Shown here in pieces: positions 26,116 through 40,398 of a stretch of DNA of 64,000 nt. This DNA is from Octopus bimaculoides (taxonomy: Eukaryota), in the NCBI RefSeq assembly GCF_001194135.2, contig NC_068995.1, positions 53,680,445-53,744,444 on the forward strand, written 5' to 3'. Under the pieces are notes generated by a model. It did no database searches and was not told the origin of the DNA. It saw only the letters and a program-made list of their open reading frames with translations. A program made the position numbers and the translations under genes. Position 1 is the first letter of the stretch; every line of letters begins with the position of its first letter.

Positions 26116-26328
26116 CTAGTGAGCTGGTTGAATCGTTACCGTACCGGTCAAAATGCTTAACTGTATTTCTTCCGGCTTTTCGTTCTGAGTTCAAATTTCA
26201 CCGTGATAGACTTTTCTCTTAATCTTTTCGGGGTCGATAACACAAGTACCAGTGATGTACTGGTGTTGATGTATAATCGATGACCCCGTCACACCAAATT
26301 TCAAACCTTGTGCTTATATTGGAAAAGG
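26116..26328 (+). mobile_element. SINE family A
   Basis: gtgagctggttgaatcgttacc...gttctgagttcaaatt...ttttcggggtcgataa...ccttgtgc. Confidence 0.85.
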
Positions 26329-27419
26329 TTAAAGATCAGGATAAGACCGGGAAATATCACTAGATACATTAGAGCGTTGATGGCGTCTCCCCGTTTAATG
26401 AGTCGAGTATATATAAGAAATGAAACTAACAACTGATAGTCTATACAAGGTGTAGTAACAGCAAGCTCAGATTCTTGTAATTTTGAGTTGCAACACATCG
26501 GAATGTAGCTGCCATAAAACAGCACACTTACTGAAAACAAAACAATTTCCGTATGTTTTGTTTCACTGTGTTGTTCTTCATATATCGAGCAGGTTACTAG
26601 TAGAATAAACAAATATAGCTTATTAAACAAAACAGCCAGCATGTTTCTTACAGCATACTTTAGAAAACGAAAATTGCTGATGCAACTGAATATAAACAAT
26701 TCTTATTAGCATAGTATATATAAGTAAATACAGTTTGTTTTGATTTGCATATTATGTCTCCTTGTTTTGGTACACTCTAGATTGTTAATATCACCTGTTT
26801 TATCAGATTTACGAAATGGCAGAAACGGCTATATTCTAGACTACAAATTCAAGTAGCTAAAGTATTGAACCTTATAATAACATTTTGCCGTTAAAACCGT
26901 TGCAGTTGTAATTAATATTTCATCAGGCTGAGAGACGTCCATTGTTATGTGTTACACGTAATAAAAGTTCTTTTAAGATTAAGCAATAAGAATAAACAAA
27001 CTTTGACAGACACATATTTAAAATGATCCACTCTAAATGTCAGCATTTGCAACTACGCGAATATAATTTACGCACGTTTGACCTTGTGAAAATAGCAGCT
27101 GAATGCTTAAGAAGTCAGCTTTGTAATTGCCAGGTCTTGGTTTCGTAATCTTGAGCTCCGGCTACGTGACATCTTGTGGCATTATTTTTTATAGTTTCGG
27201 GTCTACTTATACTTTGTACATGAAAATGGAATGGGATGGGATGGTCACAATTGAAACTATCGAGTTGTCTAGGGTTAAACAATAATAACAACAACTAAAA
27301 CAATATAGCGATTGTTATACAGATGAGAATGGTATATTTTGCATTGGAGCAAGATGACTGAGTTAAATGCAGCAGACATAATTTCCTGAGTTTCACCGGA
27401 AATTTGAAGATGCACTTTT

Positions 27420-27423
27420 CTAT

Positions 27424-27501
<78 letters not shown>
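27420..27501. repeat. (TATC)n microsatellite
   Basis: Seen directly. Confidence 0.95.
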
Positions 27502-27502
<1 letters not shown>

Positions 27503-29609
27503 CGCTCACATATACACACATATATAGATGTGTATATATATATGTACACACACACGCACACATTTAGAAGAGTAATAGAGGTAGATAAACAAGAAGGCGT
27601 AATGCGTGTTTTTTACACGGAATACAACGGAACGAATAAAATAATATAATAGTCTTATCGTAAGACCTGTTACGGAAAAACGCAGGTGTTAAGATCAGTC
27701 GCATCATGACCACCTCCATTATGAATTAAAGATCTAAAATGCCAGAGGTGTATGGATTAACAGGAAATTTATAGCTCAGTGAAACAAAACTACGTCATCC
27801 AGTTAAAAAGATGGCTAATAGCGAAAAGATTCTATTACTTAGAATTCTCCGATGATAATAAGATTTCGCCTCACTGTTCTATCAGAGTTCGTGTATTCTA
27901 CACACCTACGATATTAGGTTATGGCACAGGTCATGGTTTATCCGAAACAGCTGTTAAGATTAGAATATTACATTATACTTTTTTATTTGTATTCTTTGTA
28001 AATTGCATTCATTACGCCTATTTGTGTTTATCTGCCTATTTTCCTTCTTTACACGCTCGGCAAAGTTCCTTCATCAATCTGACTTCCTAGGCTGGAGCTA
28101 CCAGTTCCTCATTCGGGAGCTTGTATATAACTTTCCATTTATCTCACCACAGCTTGGTGAATATGTATACTACACTTGCTTTAAAGTTCTCCCACACATA
28201 TGTATGCATAATATAAAGCTTGATTCCTTCATAGTTTAGTGGGTGTCTTATATTTATGGAGTGACTGATTATTAATCTAAGTAGCCATTATTTAAAATTT
28301 CTTGCCGTCCTTTCGTTGTTCCAATACTATTTCAACAGCGAAATGCCATTGAAGAACACCTGGTCTAGGGAACCTTTAAGAAATATATCGACATAATTTA
28401 CCGAAATGTTTCTCTCTCTCTCCTACTGTATCTACATCCTCACATCTGTATACATACATATTTATACAAATATATATACACATACACATACATGCTTGTA
28501 TGAATACATGTATATATATATATATATATTAATATTACACACACCTGAACACACCCACACTCACCTACACATACAACCCGACCTCCCCACATATATATAT
28601 ATATATCGAAATATTTTCCAGTAAACCATAACTCAAAATGTATTCAGTACATTATATATGCAGACTTAATATTTCTTTTATTAATGAGGCAATACCTGAC
28701 AACGGCGTAGTTGTTGCTATACATTTGTGTATCTCTTCAAAGGTAAGAATGAACGTACGAGAAAACCACAGCTTTTACATAACTATTAACACACATTCAC
28801 ATTAGCACACTCACGTTTCTGCACACACACATACACACCACACAGACACAAACATAAAAATAAACGAACAGCATTGTACAAACAGCAAGCGAAGAATTTT
28901 GCTTCTTAGAAGCCATCATAAATATATACACATATCTTATAGTCGAGATGTTTATTATGTTATTGGTATTAAAATAAAACTTTACAGTTCAGAAGCTGTT
29001 GACTATACTTTAGCTATACACATCGCCCTGTTTCTTTTTACCCATAAATATTCTCTGTATAAACGCTAACTTCAAACATTTCGCACAGGAAATCTACTGA
29101 TCACATACAGTTGCATTTAAATTTCTACTTTCCTTCAGGCACACCGTAACTTTCTACATACACTAGTCCTATATAAAATATACATGGTCCTCTCTCACCA
29201 CACGCTTCTGTTCAAAAAGCTTTCCCAGAGGATATGGACAAACGGTCTCTGCATCGGGTTTTATATTAGATTCGTGTAACATTATAAAAAGTAATGAATG
29301 CATGAAAATTTGATATCTATAATATGTGTATGAATAATCATACCTAATTATTTATGTATGAATTCTTTTAAGTGGTTGTAATTTTGCTCGTTCTTATTTC
29401 TTTATCATTGTAGTTTTATGTATGCATACGAAAGCAAATTTGTGTGTGTGTATGCGTGTGTATGTGTGTGCATGTGTATGTGTGTGTGTGCATGCGTGTG
29501 TGTGTATTTTGTATGTGTATAAACGTATATATATGAACATTTATAAATAAATACAAATGTGCGTATATGTGTGTATATTTTTATGCATGTAAATGTATAT
29601 ATGCATATA

Positions 29610-29635
29610 AACACACACACACACACACACACACA

Positions 29636-29703
<68 letters not shown>

Positions 29704-29732
29704 CATATGCATACAAGCACAAAATATATCTA

Positions 29733-29799
<67 letters not shown>

Positions 29800-29810
29800 T
29801 TATCTATCTA
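29610..29810. repeat. Compound (CA)n/(TA)n/(TATC)n tract
   Basis: Seen directly. Confidence 0.95.
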
Positions 29811-31040
29811 TTGTATTTGTGAATTTGTGTCACCGACATAGGATGTCATGCTCCTTAGGTATTGTAGCATAATATATATTTTATCTAATTAATGCAGTGT
29901 ATTCAAGCGTAATTGAATAATCTATCTATCTATCCATGCATACACCCCCCCCCATATATATATATATATATACACACGTTTATGGGATGTGTTGTATGAC
30001 CGTATGTATACTTAGCTCTGTAAGTAAATCCACACAATTATGCCAGTTGTTAGTGATTCTCCATTGATATTAAGCAGAATTGAAATGTGAGAACGATAAT
30101 GGCGGACAGGTGACAAGGCAATCGGATGCAGTCGCATTCTTTTGCCTCGGGAGAATTCATTTAGCTTGATAAAATAAATTCCAATTAGCGTCAATGTAAG
30201 AACATCTGATTCTGTCGGATAGAGGGTATTATTTTCTTTTCTGTATTCATTATTCGGTGATGAGAATGCAGTTTGCAGCATACCACTCCTAAATTATCCT
30301 GAAATTTACTCATGTAGTTAGTACAACATTTACTATCAAATTTGAAGAGCCTTCCAGGGAGCCGTGCGTAGTTATTCGACCAGGTAGAATTTTGTGCCAA
30401 ATTTACTTAAATTCCACGCATTACATTGATGAAAAGCACGGAAGATACATTGCAGTGCTAGAGAGCGTTATGCCTAAATAGATAAAAACAAAAAAAGAAA
30501 TAGAATTATCTTGAACTTCTTTCCTCAGAGTTGAAAACAAATCGATTAAAACAACAATAAACACACGTTTGATGTGTAAAATGTAAGTACGTGGATAAAT
30601 TTCTTTTGTTGAACTTGGGAGCACAACCCTCTTCGGATTAAGCATGCTGTCTCGCAAACTTTGTCCTCCCTAATCCGATCAATTATTCTACACCCGCTAC
30701 GCTCCTTCGTTTCGTTTCATTTCCTTTCTTTCTCTATTGCTTGTTTTCCCATTCCGCCAGTTCTCATTCCACTTTTTGCATTCGTCTTTCACTCGCCTAT
30801 TCTCATATTTTTTCATAGACCAGCATGCTTTCAAGGTTTTTCAAATAAGGCCAGCCATGTGTTTTGTAGCCTGAATGACTGCTTGGAGACACAAGTCATG
30901 ATAAACAAACCTACCGGATTATTGTATTTCTACAACATGTAACTATTACCAACTCATATTTAAACACTATATTCATGAAATAATTTTCATCTCTCACTGG
31001 AAGGAGTACTTTTTTATCCTACTAGTAGTAGAATAATAAA

Positions 31041-31125
<85 letters not shown>
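31041..31125. repeat. (CTAT)n microsatellite
   Basis: Seen directly. Confidence 0.95.
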
Positions 31126-31126
<1 letters not shown>

Positions 31127-31129
31127 GTC

Positions 31130-31230
31130 TGGAACACACTGGCCCATGGTGTCACTCAGTGAGACTGAACCTGGAACGATGTGGTTATGAGTCAAACCTC
31201 TTAGCACACTGGGCTATGCCTGTGGGCTGT
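31130..31230 (-). mobile_element. SINE family B head fragment
   Basis: The reverse strand reads caggcatagcccagtgtgctaagaggtttgactcataaccacatcgttccaggttcagtctcactgagtgacaccatgggccagtgtg. Confidence 0.7.
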
Positions 31231-31560
31231 CAGTGCAGTGGACCAGGTGACACTGGTACCGGGTCAGTGGGTCCATCGTTGAGCCCTATGTGGCTAATAA
31301 AAGAAATGTATCTCTCTGCCTGTCGGTCTATGTATGTATGTATGTATGTATGTATGTATGTATGTATCTCTCTATCTATCTGTCTGTCTGTCTGATGTCT
31401 GTCTGTCTGTCTATCAATATATCTATCTATCTATGAACATGAAACACGTAGATGCATACACATAAATACAAATGTACTCCGACTAATACGTATGATTAAA
31501 GAAATTAAATGCAGGTTGCGGAGTGTTTGTGTTCATACATGTAATATATAAAGACACACA

Positions 31561-31596
<36 letters not shown>

Positions 31597-31649
31597 TATT
31601 TTCAGATATATATGAATATATGTATGTATATGTATATAGGTGTGCATGT

Positions 31650-31695
<46 letters not shown>

Positions 31696-32249
31696 NNNNN
31701 NNNNNNNNNNNNNNNNNNNNNNNNNNNNNNNNNNNNNNNNNNNNNNNNNNNNNNNNNNNNNNNNNNNNNNNNNNNNNNNNNNNNNNNNNNNNNNNNNNNN
31801 NNNNNNNNNNNNNNNNNNNNNNNNNNNNNNNNNNNNNNNNNNNNNNNNNNNNNNNNNNNNNNNNNNNNNNNNNNNNNNNNNNNNNNNNNNNNNNNNNNNN
31901 NNNNNNNNNNNNNNNNNNNNNNNNNNNNNNNNNNNNNNNNNNNNNNNNNNNNNNNNNNNNNNNNNNNNATATATATATATATATATATATACATATATAT
32001 GCGTACATATGTGTGTTTATATGCGTGTATATTTGTGTATGCGTGTGTGTATTGTTTGCATAAATATGCATATGAAATCATAAAGATGCCTTCGAAGTGG
32101 TTGATTCTTCACAGCAGGAAAGTGCAAATAACTATAATACAAATTCCTACCCGTACATCTCATTAAACGTATGATGTAAATTGCAAATTTTAATTGTAAC
32201 TCAGAATTATGGTTCCACTTAAACGCGAAGAGCGACGTTTTAAGCAAGA

Positions 32250-32426
32250 ATGTGGATATTTATCATGGCATCAATGTTGATTACAGCCTATCTAATTTTG
32301 CTGCTGCTTTTGACTGTCACCGCCAACACAACTTGTGTTGGACAGCAGTGTGCTACTAGCAAGCAGATTAATGAAAAGAATGAATTTACTAGGTTTCCAC
32401 TATTGATTTCTGTTGAGCAAGGTTAA
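32250..32426 (+). CDS. Candidate small secreted peptide ORF or first coding exon (58 aa; 53 aa from ATG 32265)
   Basis: (MWIFI)MASMLITAYLILLLLLTVTA-NTTCVGQQCATSKQINEKNEFTRFPLLISVEQG*. It has a hydrophobic core ending in V-T-A, and ATG 32265 is in an A(-3)/G(+4) context. No homology is recognised. Confidence 0.3.
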   Translation: MWIFIMASMLITAYLILLLLLTVTANTTCVGQQCATSKQINEKNEFTRFPLLISVEQG

Positions 32427-32769
32427 AGTTTATGCTAGCATTTCAAGCAGTTAAGTGAAATGTATAGTGATAGATAGTAGGAAATACTAATTGCTTTTAT
32501 TATCATCCTTCATCTGTCCATACGCTAGACGAGTAGGTTTAGTGTCTTCGCAAAAGTTAATTTGGAAACAGACTTCTAAGCGAACAAATAGATTAAGATA
32601 TAAGTTCGCTCACGCGGGCTCAAATAATGTCGTGGATTGGCTTTCGATACTCACTTGAAACTGTTTCACTTCCTTCATGTTCTTTGATAACCTTCCTAAA
32701 GATATAGAAGGTCATTAGCTTCGAGTAAGAACAAATAAAACAAAATAAAAACCAGCTAAGGAGGAAGTT

Positions 32770-33690
32770 GTCCTCTGTTAGTAATGCCAGTTCACTAGGT
32801 TAGTTACTGTTATTGCTTGATGCCGTCTACTTCTTTGCCTATGCAGATTGAATCCCAGTTCTCTTTCCTTGCCCTCATACGTTCTACGCATTACATAGTC
32901 CAGAACGATGGCAAAGAGATAAGTTGCCGGCGTGTCGTCTTGTAATACTCCAGCTTTCACTTTAAATTATTCCGTCTCTGCATCAGGAGTGATCACTTTC
33001 GCTTACCTATTGCTCTCAGAATTCTTGGTGGAATATCATATACTTTAAGTATCTTTTACCACCATTCCTCTATGTACTGAATGAAAAACCTTTTTCAAGT
33101 CTACATAGATAATGATAGCCTTCCTTTTACGGCTCTTAACTCCTCCTATCAGTCTTCTAAGTGCGACAGAGTGAGATGTTGTTGACTGTCCCGATCTGAG
33201 TCCATTTGGATTTGGTTGCAATTGTTTGTCTATCTTAGGTTGTACTTGGTTAAGTATCATCTTGCTGACCATTTTTGTAACAATGAATGACAGACTGATC
33301 CCTCTCTAATTCCTAGTATCACTTAAGCCTCCAGTTTTGGGCAGTGGTAGCAAGTCTATCTCAGACCAGTGTTCTGGCTTCATATTGCCATTTAGTAGTT
33401 TATTTGCAAATTCAAAGAATGATGTCGTCTAAATCACATCTTTTTAGTACTCCTGGTGGGATGTTGTTAGGACCAGTTTGTTTTCCTTCTTTCATTTTAC
33501 TTTCTTTTTCTTAGCTCTTTCTATTTCTTGCTTTGTGAAGTCTCCATCCTCGATTTGCAAACCGTCGAGGATCTTTGCTAATTCTTCATTTCCTGTTTCA
33601 CTGTCAACTTCTGGATCCTTCCCAAGTAAGTTGTAGAAACAAGTGTACCACTTCTTGATTCTCTCGTTGCTTCTTACAATCTTTTCAATA
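32770..33690 (-). mobile_element. RTE-clade LINE reverse-transcriptase fragment (pseudogene)
   Basis: The - strand gives ILNQVQPKIDKQLQPNPNGLRSGQSTTSH..ALRRLI..YVDLKKVFHSVHRG and GVLQDDTPATYLFAIVLDYVMRR..ITVTNL. These are decayed versions of the RT motifs NGFRxGRST, FVDFKKAFDSV and GVLQGDTLAP. Confidence 0.88.
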
Positions 33691-33827
33691 GTCGCTGAAT
33701 CTGTCCGATATCGGAGCTACGTTCTTCTCGTTTGTTTGTGGGTTTGTGTGTGCGTCAGTGTGCATGTGCATACACAAATATGAATTATGTATGCATGTAT
33801 GTATATATACATGTATGTATGTGTGTG

Positions 33828-33861
<34 letters not shown>

Positions 33862-33957
33862 TGTGTGTACGTTTGTATATATGTTTTCTGCATATTCATG
33901 TATTTTATTTTGTGTGTGTGTGTTCANNNNNNNNNNATACATGTATGTATGTGTGTG

Positions 33958-33991
<34 letters not shown>

Positions 33992-34639
33992 TGTGTGTAC
34001 GTTTGTATATATGTTTTCTGCATATTCATGTATTTTATTTTGTGTGTGTGTGTTCACGTTTGAGTGTTTGTGTGTGATATATATATATATATGTATCAAC
34101 AGGACAGTCCTCTATGGAACGCTTTAGACGACAGAGCAGCTCAATGGAGGCTGAACTCGGGCTAAACTACAACACTTGTCTACTCCCTTTGATTTAGTTC
34201 TGAATACATTTTATGTCAGCTCTGCTTGAACACACGTATAATTTCGCACATAGAAAATCTGACGTTTAATAGCAACTCAATATTGTAGTTGAGTCTCTGT
34301 AGATACGTAATTCTGCATAATACGTTCGTGCATTTCAAGCGATACAGCAATAGTTACATTAGGTTATGTAATAAAGTGTTAATGTTATTGCTTTCAGTGC
34401 AATAACTTTAGTGTTGTTGTGTAATTATCATTAATTTTGACCCTTTACTTTAGATTCTAATTGCAGTAGACGTTGTATTTCATCTGCGCTATATACTGGA
34501 ATAAGCTTATTGGAGTATACTCTTCCCTATTGATGCGATGTCCTTCTTTGAGCTACACAGCCATGGAGAAACTGCAATGCTGCTTTCGAATTACGCGTAG
34601 GCTTGATTTCAATATTTATTGTTTCCAGAGTCGATAAAA

Positions 34640-34666
34640 TATTGGTTTGGTGCATAATTATTGCGG
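34640..34666 (+). mobile_element. Solo TIR fragment of the mariner MITE family seen at 56914
   Basis: tattggtttggtgcataattattgcgg versus tattgcgttggtgcataattattgctg. Confidence 0.55.
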
Positions 34667-34792
34667 ATTCCTCACTCATATTATTATCGAACCGAGAGCT
34701 TAATTACAGTCTTTGCATAGCACTTACATAGCGTTATCTGCCACCTTGGGTCTTCTGGATACCATTATCTCTCGTATGTATGTATGAATGTA

Positions 34793-34834
<42 letters not shown>

Positions 34835-35763
34835 GAAAGAGAGAGTTATATATGTATATACATATATATGTGTAAATAGATACCCATTGACACATACACA
34901 CGCACCCCCTACACACACAAAGACACACATATTCATATCCATATATTATCTCTCAAAAATATAGCATGAGTCATTCTCAAATAAATATCTAAAAGAAACA
35001 AATAAGTTTGAAATGTAATAACTATATAAAAATAAATATGAATTTATGCTGACGAACTAGAAAAGCATTTCGCACTGGATATTATTCTTAAGGTATTTAT
35101 AATATGTTATTTCCAACTAGGATTTAATCCAAATCTGTAATTTTCTGCCTTCTGCCTACGACCAAAAAGGAATAAATTAGAAATTCAGAAAATTTCAATT
35201 TACTATTTTTGTTATCATCTGCTAAGAGTTTCCTTTTACGAGTGCATATCCATTTTTTATCGCAATTCGAAATATTTTTTTTTCCTCTTATAACAGGCTG
35301 GTGAATTTTCTGCGTGAAAATGCTTGACTTTGCGTATAAGTGTGCGCGCGAGATATTGAGTGTATTACAGGGAAGGATAGATACATTGGCTCGAAGTTGC
35401 TGACAAATTTGTTAGCAAAAGAAAAATAGAATGTGGTATTTATTTCTCGCGCGTTGCTCTGACGCACTCTAGGGTTTCTCCCTTTCAGAAATACAGTGAA
35501 TAGGTGATTAACCCGTTCAAAAGTTATAACGAACGACGCTATTGTTCACAAATACATGTGATACAGATATGCTCGTCAGAGGCTCATTAAGCGCTCGTGA
35601 AGTTAATTATTTTGAGGCTTCTCATCATTATGAAGAGACTTGCTTTACACAATAGCAGCTTTTCAGATAAAATTCAATATATTACTAGACCTAATCCTGG
35701 AGGGTGTAAGATAAAGCCAAAGAATACTCTGCAATATAATCAGGCTTTTCATTTAGATATTAA

Positions 35764-35975
35764 GGTGGTGAGCTGGTAGAATTCTTAGCACGCCGGGCAA
35801 AATGCTTAATGATATTTCAACCGTCTCTACGCTCTAAATTCAAATTCCGACGCGGTCAACTTTGCCTTCCATGCTTTCGTGATCGATGAAATAAGTACAA
35901 GTCGAGCACATGGGTTGATGTAATCGATTTAACCCCTGCTCGAAAATGCTAGCCCCGTACGAAAATTTGAAACCA
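35764..35975 (+). mobile_element. SINE family A
   Basis: ggtggtgagctggtagaattcttagcacgccgggcaaaatgctt...ttcaaattcc...ggtcaactttgccttcc. Confidence 0.88.
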
Positions 35976-36632
35976 AATGGATTATGAGAACATATTTTGC
36001 CAGCAATTCTTTAGCCATGTATCCGTCCTTTTCTATTTAACCAGCTGCACAAGATTAACTCTCCACTCCCTTACGCAGGTCTTGAGCGAATCAGAATAGC
36101 TTTTGGCTGACTCACGGTTATTCTTAATCCTCCAGCCAGGAAGGAACGCAGTAGTCATGATCCTTTACAGATAACCTAGATGGAATGAAGGATAATGGAA
36201 GGAAAGATAACGGAAGGAAAGAAGTCATCGTTATTCGGGAGTCTTAACATGCAAATGGAGAGGAATCCGCTAAAGTTATCTCAGGTGGCAATCAAGAAGT
36301 GTTCTTTAATAGAGGGACGGATTAAATCTACCATTCTGGTAGGCCATGGAGGTATTTGAATTCAGAACGCTATCACCTGAAACGAACTCTGCAGGGCATC
36401 CGATCTAACGTGTTTAAATTTCCTATAATCCACCGCTTGAAATTGGTATTGTTTATCGATCTCGAAAGGAAGAAAGGCAGAGTAGGCCTCAGTAGTATTA
36501 GAAATCAGATCACAGAGATTTTCGATTAAATCCATTCGACGCTCTACAAATTCCATCAGCCATCACTCTAAGACTTCTTGCTTTCAGTAATATGTTTTAA
36601 GTATTGTGACATTGTCCCTTTGAACCTGTCAC

Positions 36633-36634
<2 letters not shown>

Positions 36635-36703
<69 letters not shown>

Positions 36704-36718
36704 CCTATCTATCTATCT
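36635..36718. repeat. (TATC)n microsatellite
   Basis: Seen directly. Confidence 0.95.
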
Positions 36719-37358
36719 GTTCACATTCATACATATAAATACACATACATAATCATGTGCATATACATATGCATAGATGTATGTATATAAATATACGCAC
36801 ATATATATATAGTTATTTATGCATACATAAACACACATACATATAACATACATACGTACATACGTATACACGTAAATACGAACATACGTACATACATATA
36901 TACACATATATNNNNNNNNNNNNNNNNNNNNNNNNNNNNNNNNNNNNNNNNNNNNNNNNNNNNNNNNNNNNNNNNNNNNNNNNNNNNNNNNNNNNNNNNN
37001 NNNNNNNNNNNNNNNNNNNNNNNNNNNNNNNNNNNNNNNNNNNNNNNNNNNNNNNNNNNNNNNNNNNNNNNNNNNNNNNNNNNNNNNNNNNNNNNNNNNN
37101 NNNNNNNNNNNNNNNNNNNNNNNNNNNNNNNNNNNNNNNNNNNNNNNNNNNNNNNNNNNNNNNNNNNNNNNNNNNNNNNNNNNNNNNNNNNNNNNNNNNN
37201 NNNNNNNNNNNNNNNNNNNNNNNNNNNNNNNNNNNNNNNNNNNNNNNNNNNNNNNNNNNNNNNNNNNNNNNNNNNNNNNNNNNNNNNNNNNNNNNNNNNN
37301 NNNNNNNNNNNNNNNNNNNNNNNNNNNNNNNNNNNNNNNNNNNNNNNNNNNNNNNNTA

Positions 37359-37389
<31 letters not shown>

Positions 37390-37821
37390 ATATATATATA
37401 TACATATATATATGTATGTATGTATGTATATATTTCAATAGCTAAACCAATAAAAGTAAAATCCAAATTGCGAAGTCCCTGCAGGTAGGTGTCTAAATAT
37501 TTACTTTGTAGTTTTCTTCCCTCCTGAACAGTTTTCGACTCACCGACGACTGTTGCTATCGATTATCCTTGGGCGGGTAATCGGACGTTTTGTTACTGTC
37601 GTTTGAACTTTGCCACGACTTCCTAAATACTGACATACTATACCTATGCGCACACACACACAGACACTCATACACACACAATATAATATATAGATGCATA
37701 TATATATATGTATATAGAAATGTATATATAAATACACATATATACATATAAATGTATGCATTCATATATACATATATGTGTGTATATGTTTATGTATATA
37801 TATATATGCACAAATATACAT

Positions 37822-37853
<32 letters not shown>

Positions 37854-37957
37854 GTGTATTTGTATTTGTATATATATATATGTGTATATATGTATNNNNN
37901 NNNNNGCAATAAGCATCGTTTAAACTTTTATTAGGAGAGGCCAACTAAAATGTCAAC

Positions 37958-38055
<98 letters not shown>
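37958..38055. repeat. (TTA)n microsatellite
   Basis: Seen directly. Confidence 0.95.
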
Positions 38056-38056
<1 letters not shown>

Positions 38057-38402
38057 ATTTTCATAAGAAGCTACAATTATTATGATTTTCTTGCTATTAC
38101 TTTTTCATACGAACTTAATTATCTATATTGAATGTCTGGGGTTTAAAGAAATAGAGTCATATAGTTAAATAAGTCAGTTCCACTAATATTCAAAGCTAAT
38201 TTGATATAATGTTGATATTTTGTTCAGACATCTACGACATATCTGAAATGTACGGTGTCTGGATGTTTGAAAAGATTTATTACGGAATTATGTATTTATG
38301 ACCTATGTTCTCAAAGAGGATGAAGATCATAAATCCTTTTTTGGTGTATTAACTTAAATCACGCTCTTTTTCGTGTAATCATTTTCCGCTACTTCTATGT
38401 AA

Positions 38403-38453
<51 letters not shown>

Positions 38454-38809
38454 GATTTCCCTCGATGGGAGACTCTCAGAGCTCCCTCCTACTATCGAGG
38501 TTTATTCAGCGTAAATTTCGAAGGAAAGCAGATTTTTCTCTGAACTTCTCGAGTTATTTCTTCTCTTTAGAATTTTTTAGAAAAATATGGAGCAGAATTA
38601 TTCCTATTCAATGTGTTGGGGAATCTCTTCTTCCGAGTCTCAGACTGGTGTTTTGTTCGCCAGACGGAGAAATATATCTGCAAATCGTTTTCGACTACAA
38701 AAAATATGCATAGTGCAAAGACTTGACTCAATTATTTCTTCATTGACTTAAATTGGTAAATATATAAATAGGGATTTGTTATACACAATTCCAAGAATCA
38801 TTTCATAAT

Positions 38810-39026
38810 ACTCGTTTCAAATTTTGGTACAAGGCCAACCGTTTTGTGGGGAAGTGGCCAAGTCAATTATATCGACCCTAGTATATGACTAGTACATATT
38901 TTCTCAACCCCGAAAGGATGAAGAACAAGGTCAATCTGAATGACATTTGAATCGAGAACGTAGAGAGCCGGAAGAAATGCCACTAAACATTTTTTCCGGC
39001 GCGCTAACGATCCTGTCAGCTCACCG
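38810..39026 (-). mobile_element. SINE family A
   Basis: ttttggtacaaggcc...cccgaaaggatg...ccggcgcgctaacgatcctgtcagctcaccg. Confidence 0.88.
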
Positions 39027-39549
39027 TTCTAAGCTATTTCATAATAATATGACAGAAATATATTGTAATTGATGGAAAAGCTCATATGCATTTTCTAACA
39101 GTGGTGGTGTAAAGTATACACGTTTGTATCTCTGATAAGTCATCTCTTACACATTGATGATTGTGATATTCTCGCATACAATTAAAAAGATTATCTAAAC
39201 TTGGTGAACAAAATTTAATTGGCAAATAATATGTTAATCTTCAAAATATTAGTACTGTTCATATTACTTTTTATCAGACCTGTCATAGGAAACATCGTAC
39301 TGATCTTCGAATGACGTTGTATACTAATATCTTTGTAAATCATATCATGCTACAAATATTTTGGCAGTATTTCTATCAAAGGTGTAAATCATGAAGACAA
39401 AGGTGCTTACAGAATTCAGAAGTCAAGAAAATATTTTGGAATATTACAATCTTCACTATTGTCTCTAATACTACAAAATGACACATATATCTACATACAA
39501 ATGATACCTTTTGTCAGTTTCGTTGTTTGAAATGTTGGTAGTTGTCTCC

Positions 39550-39790
39550 ATTCCGAATCGGAATACCCATCCAAAGTGGACGCGCGTGAGAATACTGTCA
39601 TGTGCTGCGCTTGAACAATCGGCCATTCTACTCCCCATGCTACCGGATGAACCAACGGCCTGTCATGAGGTACAAACGTGGGAAGCGTTATCAAACTAGC
39701 TCATACATCGAACGGGACAACACTCGGAATAGAGGCACGCGCAGTATAGGTGATGTGAGACCCCACCTCTCTGAGGATATCCACTGAATG
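39550..39790 (+). mobile_element. Possible RTE LINE C-terminal remnant
   Basis: LRL..CYRMNQRPV..RGKR..SYIE.RDNT resembles the RTE C-terminus (LRFAGHCYR..QPV..GKR..TYID..DTG). Confidence 0.4.
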
Positions 39791-39877
39791 AAAATCATAA
39801 ATAAAAGCGCACAATCACGTCGGTGTTCCAGTATCACTGCAGTCACATGACTGGAACAAATAAAACAAAGAATATAT

Positions 39878-39944
<67 letters not shown>

Positions 39945-40092
39945 ATGTATTTTTTCAATATTTACCAATAACAAGGAAAAAATAAATAAATAAATAGTTA
40001 CCAGGGTGGCAAAACTTCGTCTAAGTACCAAGCATGTAACAGCCTACTTATAAAGGTAGAAACTCCAGGTTTTGGGGAAATGTTTTTATGTG

Positions 40093-40398
40093 ACATGGCT
40101 AAATAAATGAAGTTAAACGCATGTGTTATTCAAATTATTATACTTCCGATATATGTTTCGAAGAAAACATCGGTATTATTCAAGATGGGATAAAATGCAT
40201 CAATAAGTATCTCAGTATCCATCCCGTAATCTCATTGATGCGTTTTGTTTCTCTTTCTTTTCCTGATGAGAAGATTGCATTGTTTTACATCATTTTATTC
40301 CATCTGGAATAATACCAATCTTTTATGCGAAACATATATCGGAAGTATATAGATTTGAATAACACCTCCGTTTAACTCCATTTATCAGTTTATCTATG

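Noticed and set aside
27942-27955. ccGAAAC-AGCT-GTT hammerhead helix III-like motif (also cctgaaacgtc on the - strand near 23697)
   Set aside because: The CUGANGA half of the core is missing. At most these are Penelope relics.
33806-34056. ~120-bp exact direct repeat on both sides of a 10-N gap
   Set aside because: Identical copies abutting a minimal gap are the typical signature of unmerged overlapping contig ends.
34454-35327. Possible second exons for the 32265 ORF (34454: DSNCSRRC...; 35297: RLVNFLRENA*)
   Set aside because: Phases can be made to fit, but the upstream donors (GTTTCC, GTTAAA) are weak and I selected the acceptors after the fact. There is no independent support.
35344-35454. 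Two inverted CGCGCGAGA motifs about 90 bp apart in a CpG-poor background
   Set aside because: The pairing does not extend beyond about 10-13 bp, so it is not a miRNA-like hairpin or TIR pair.
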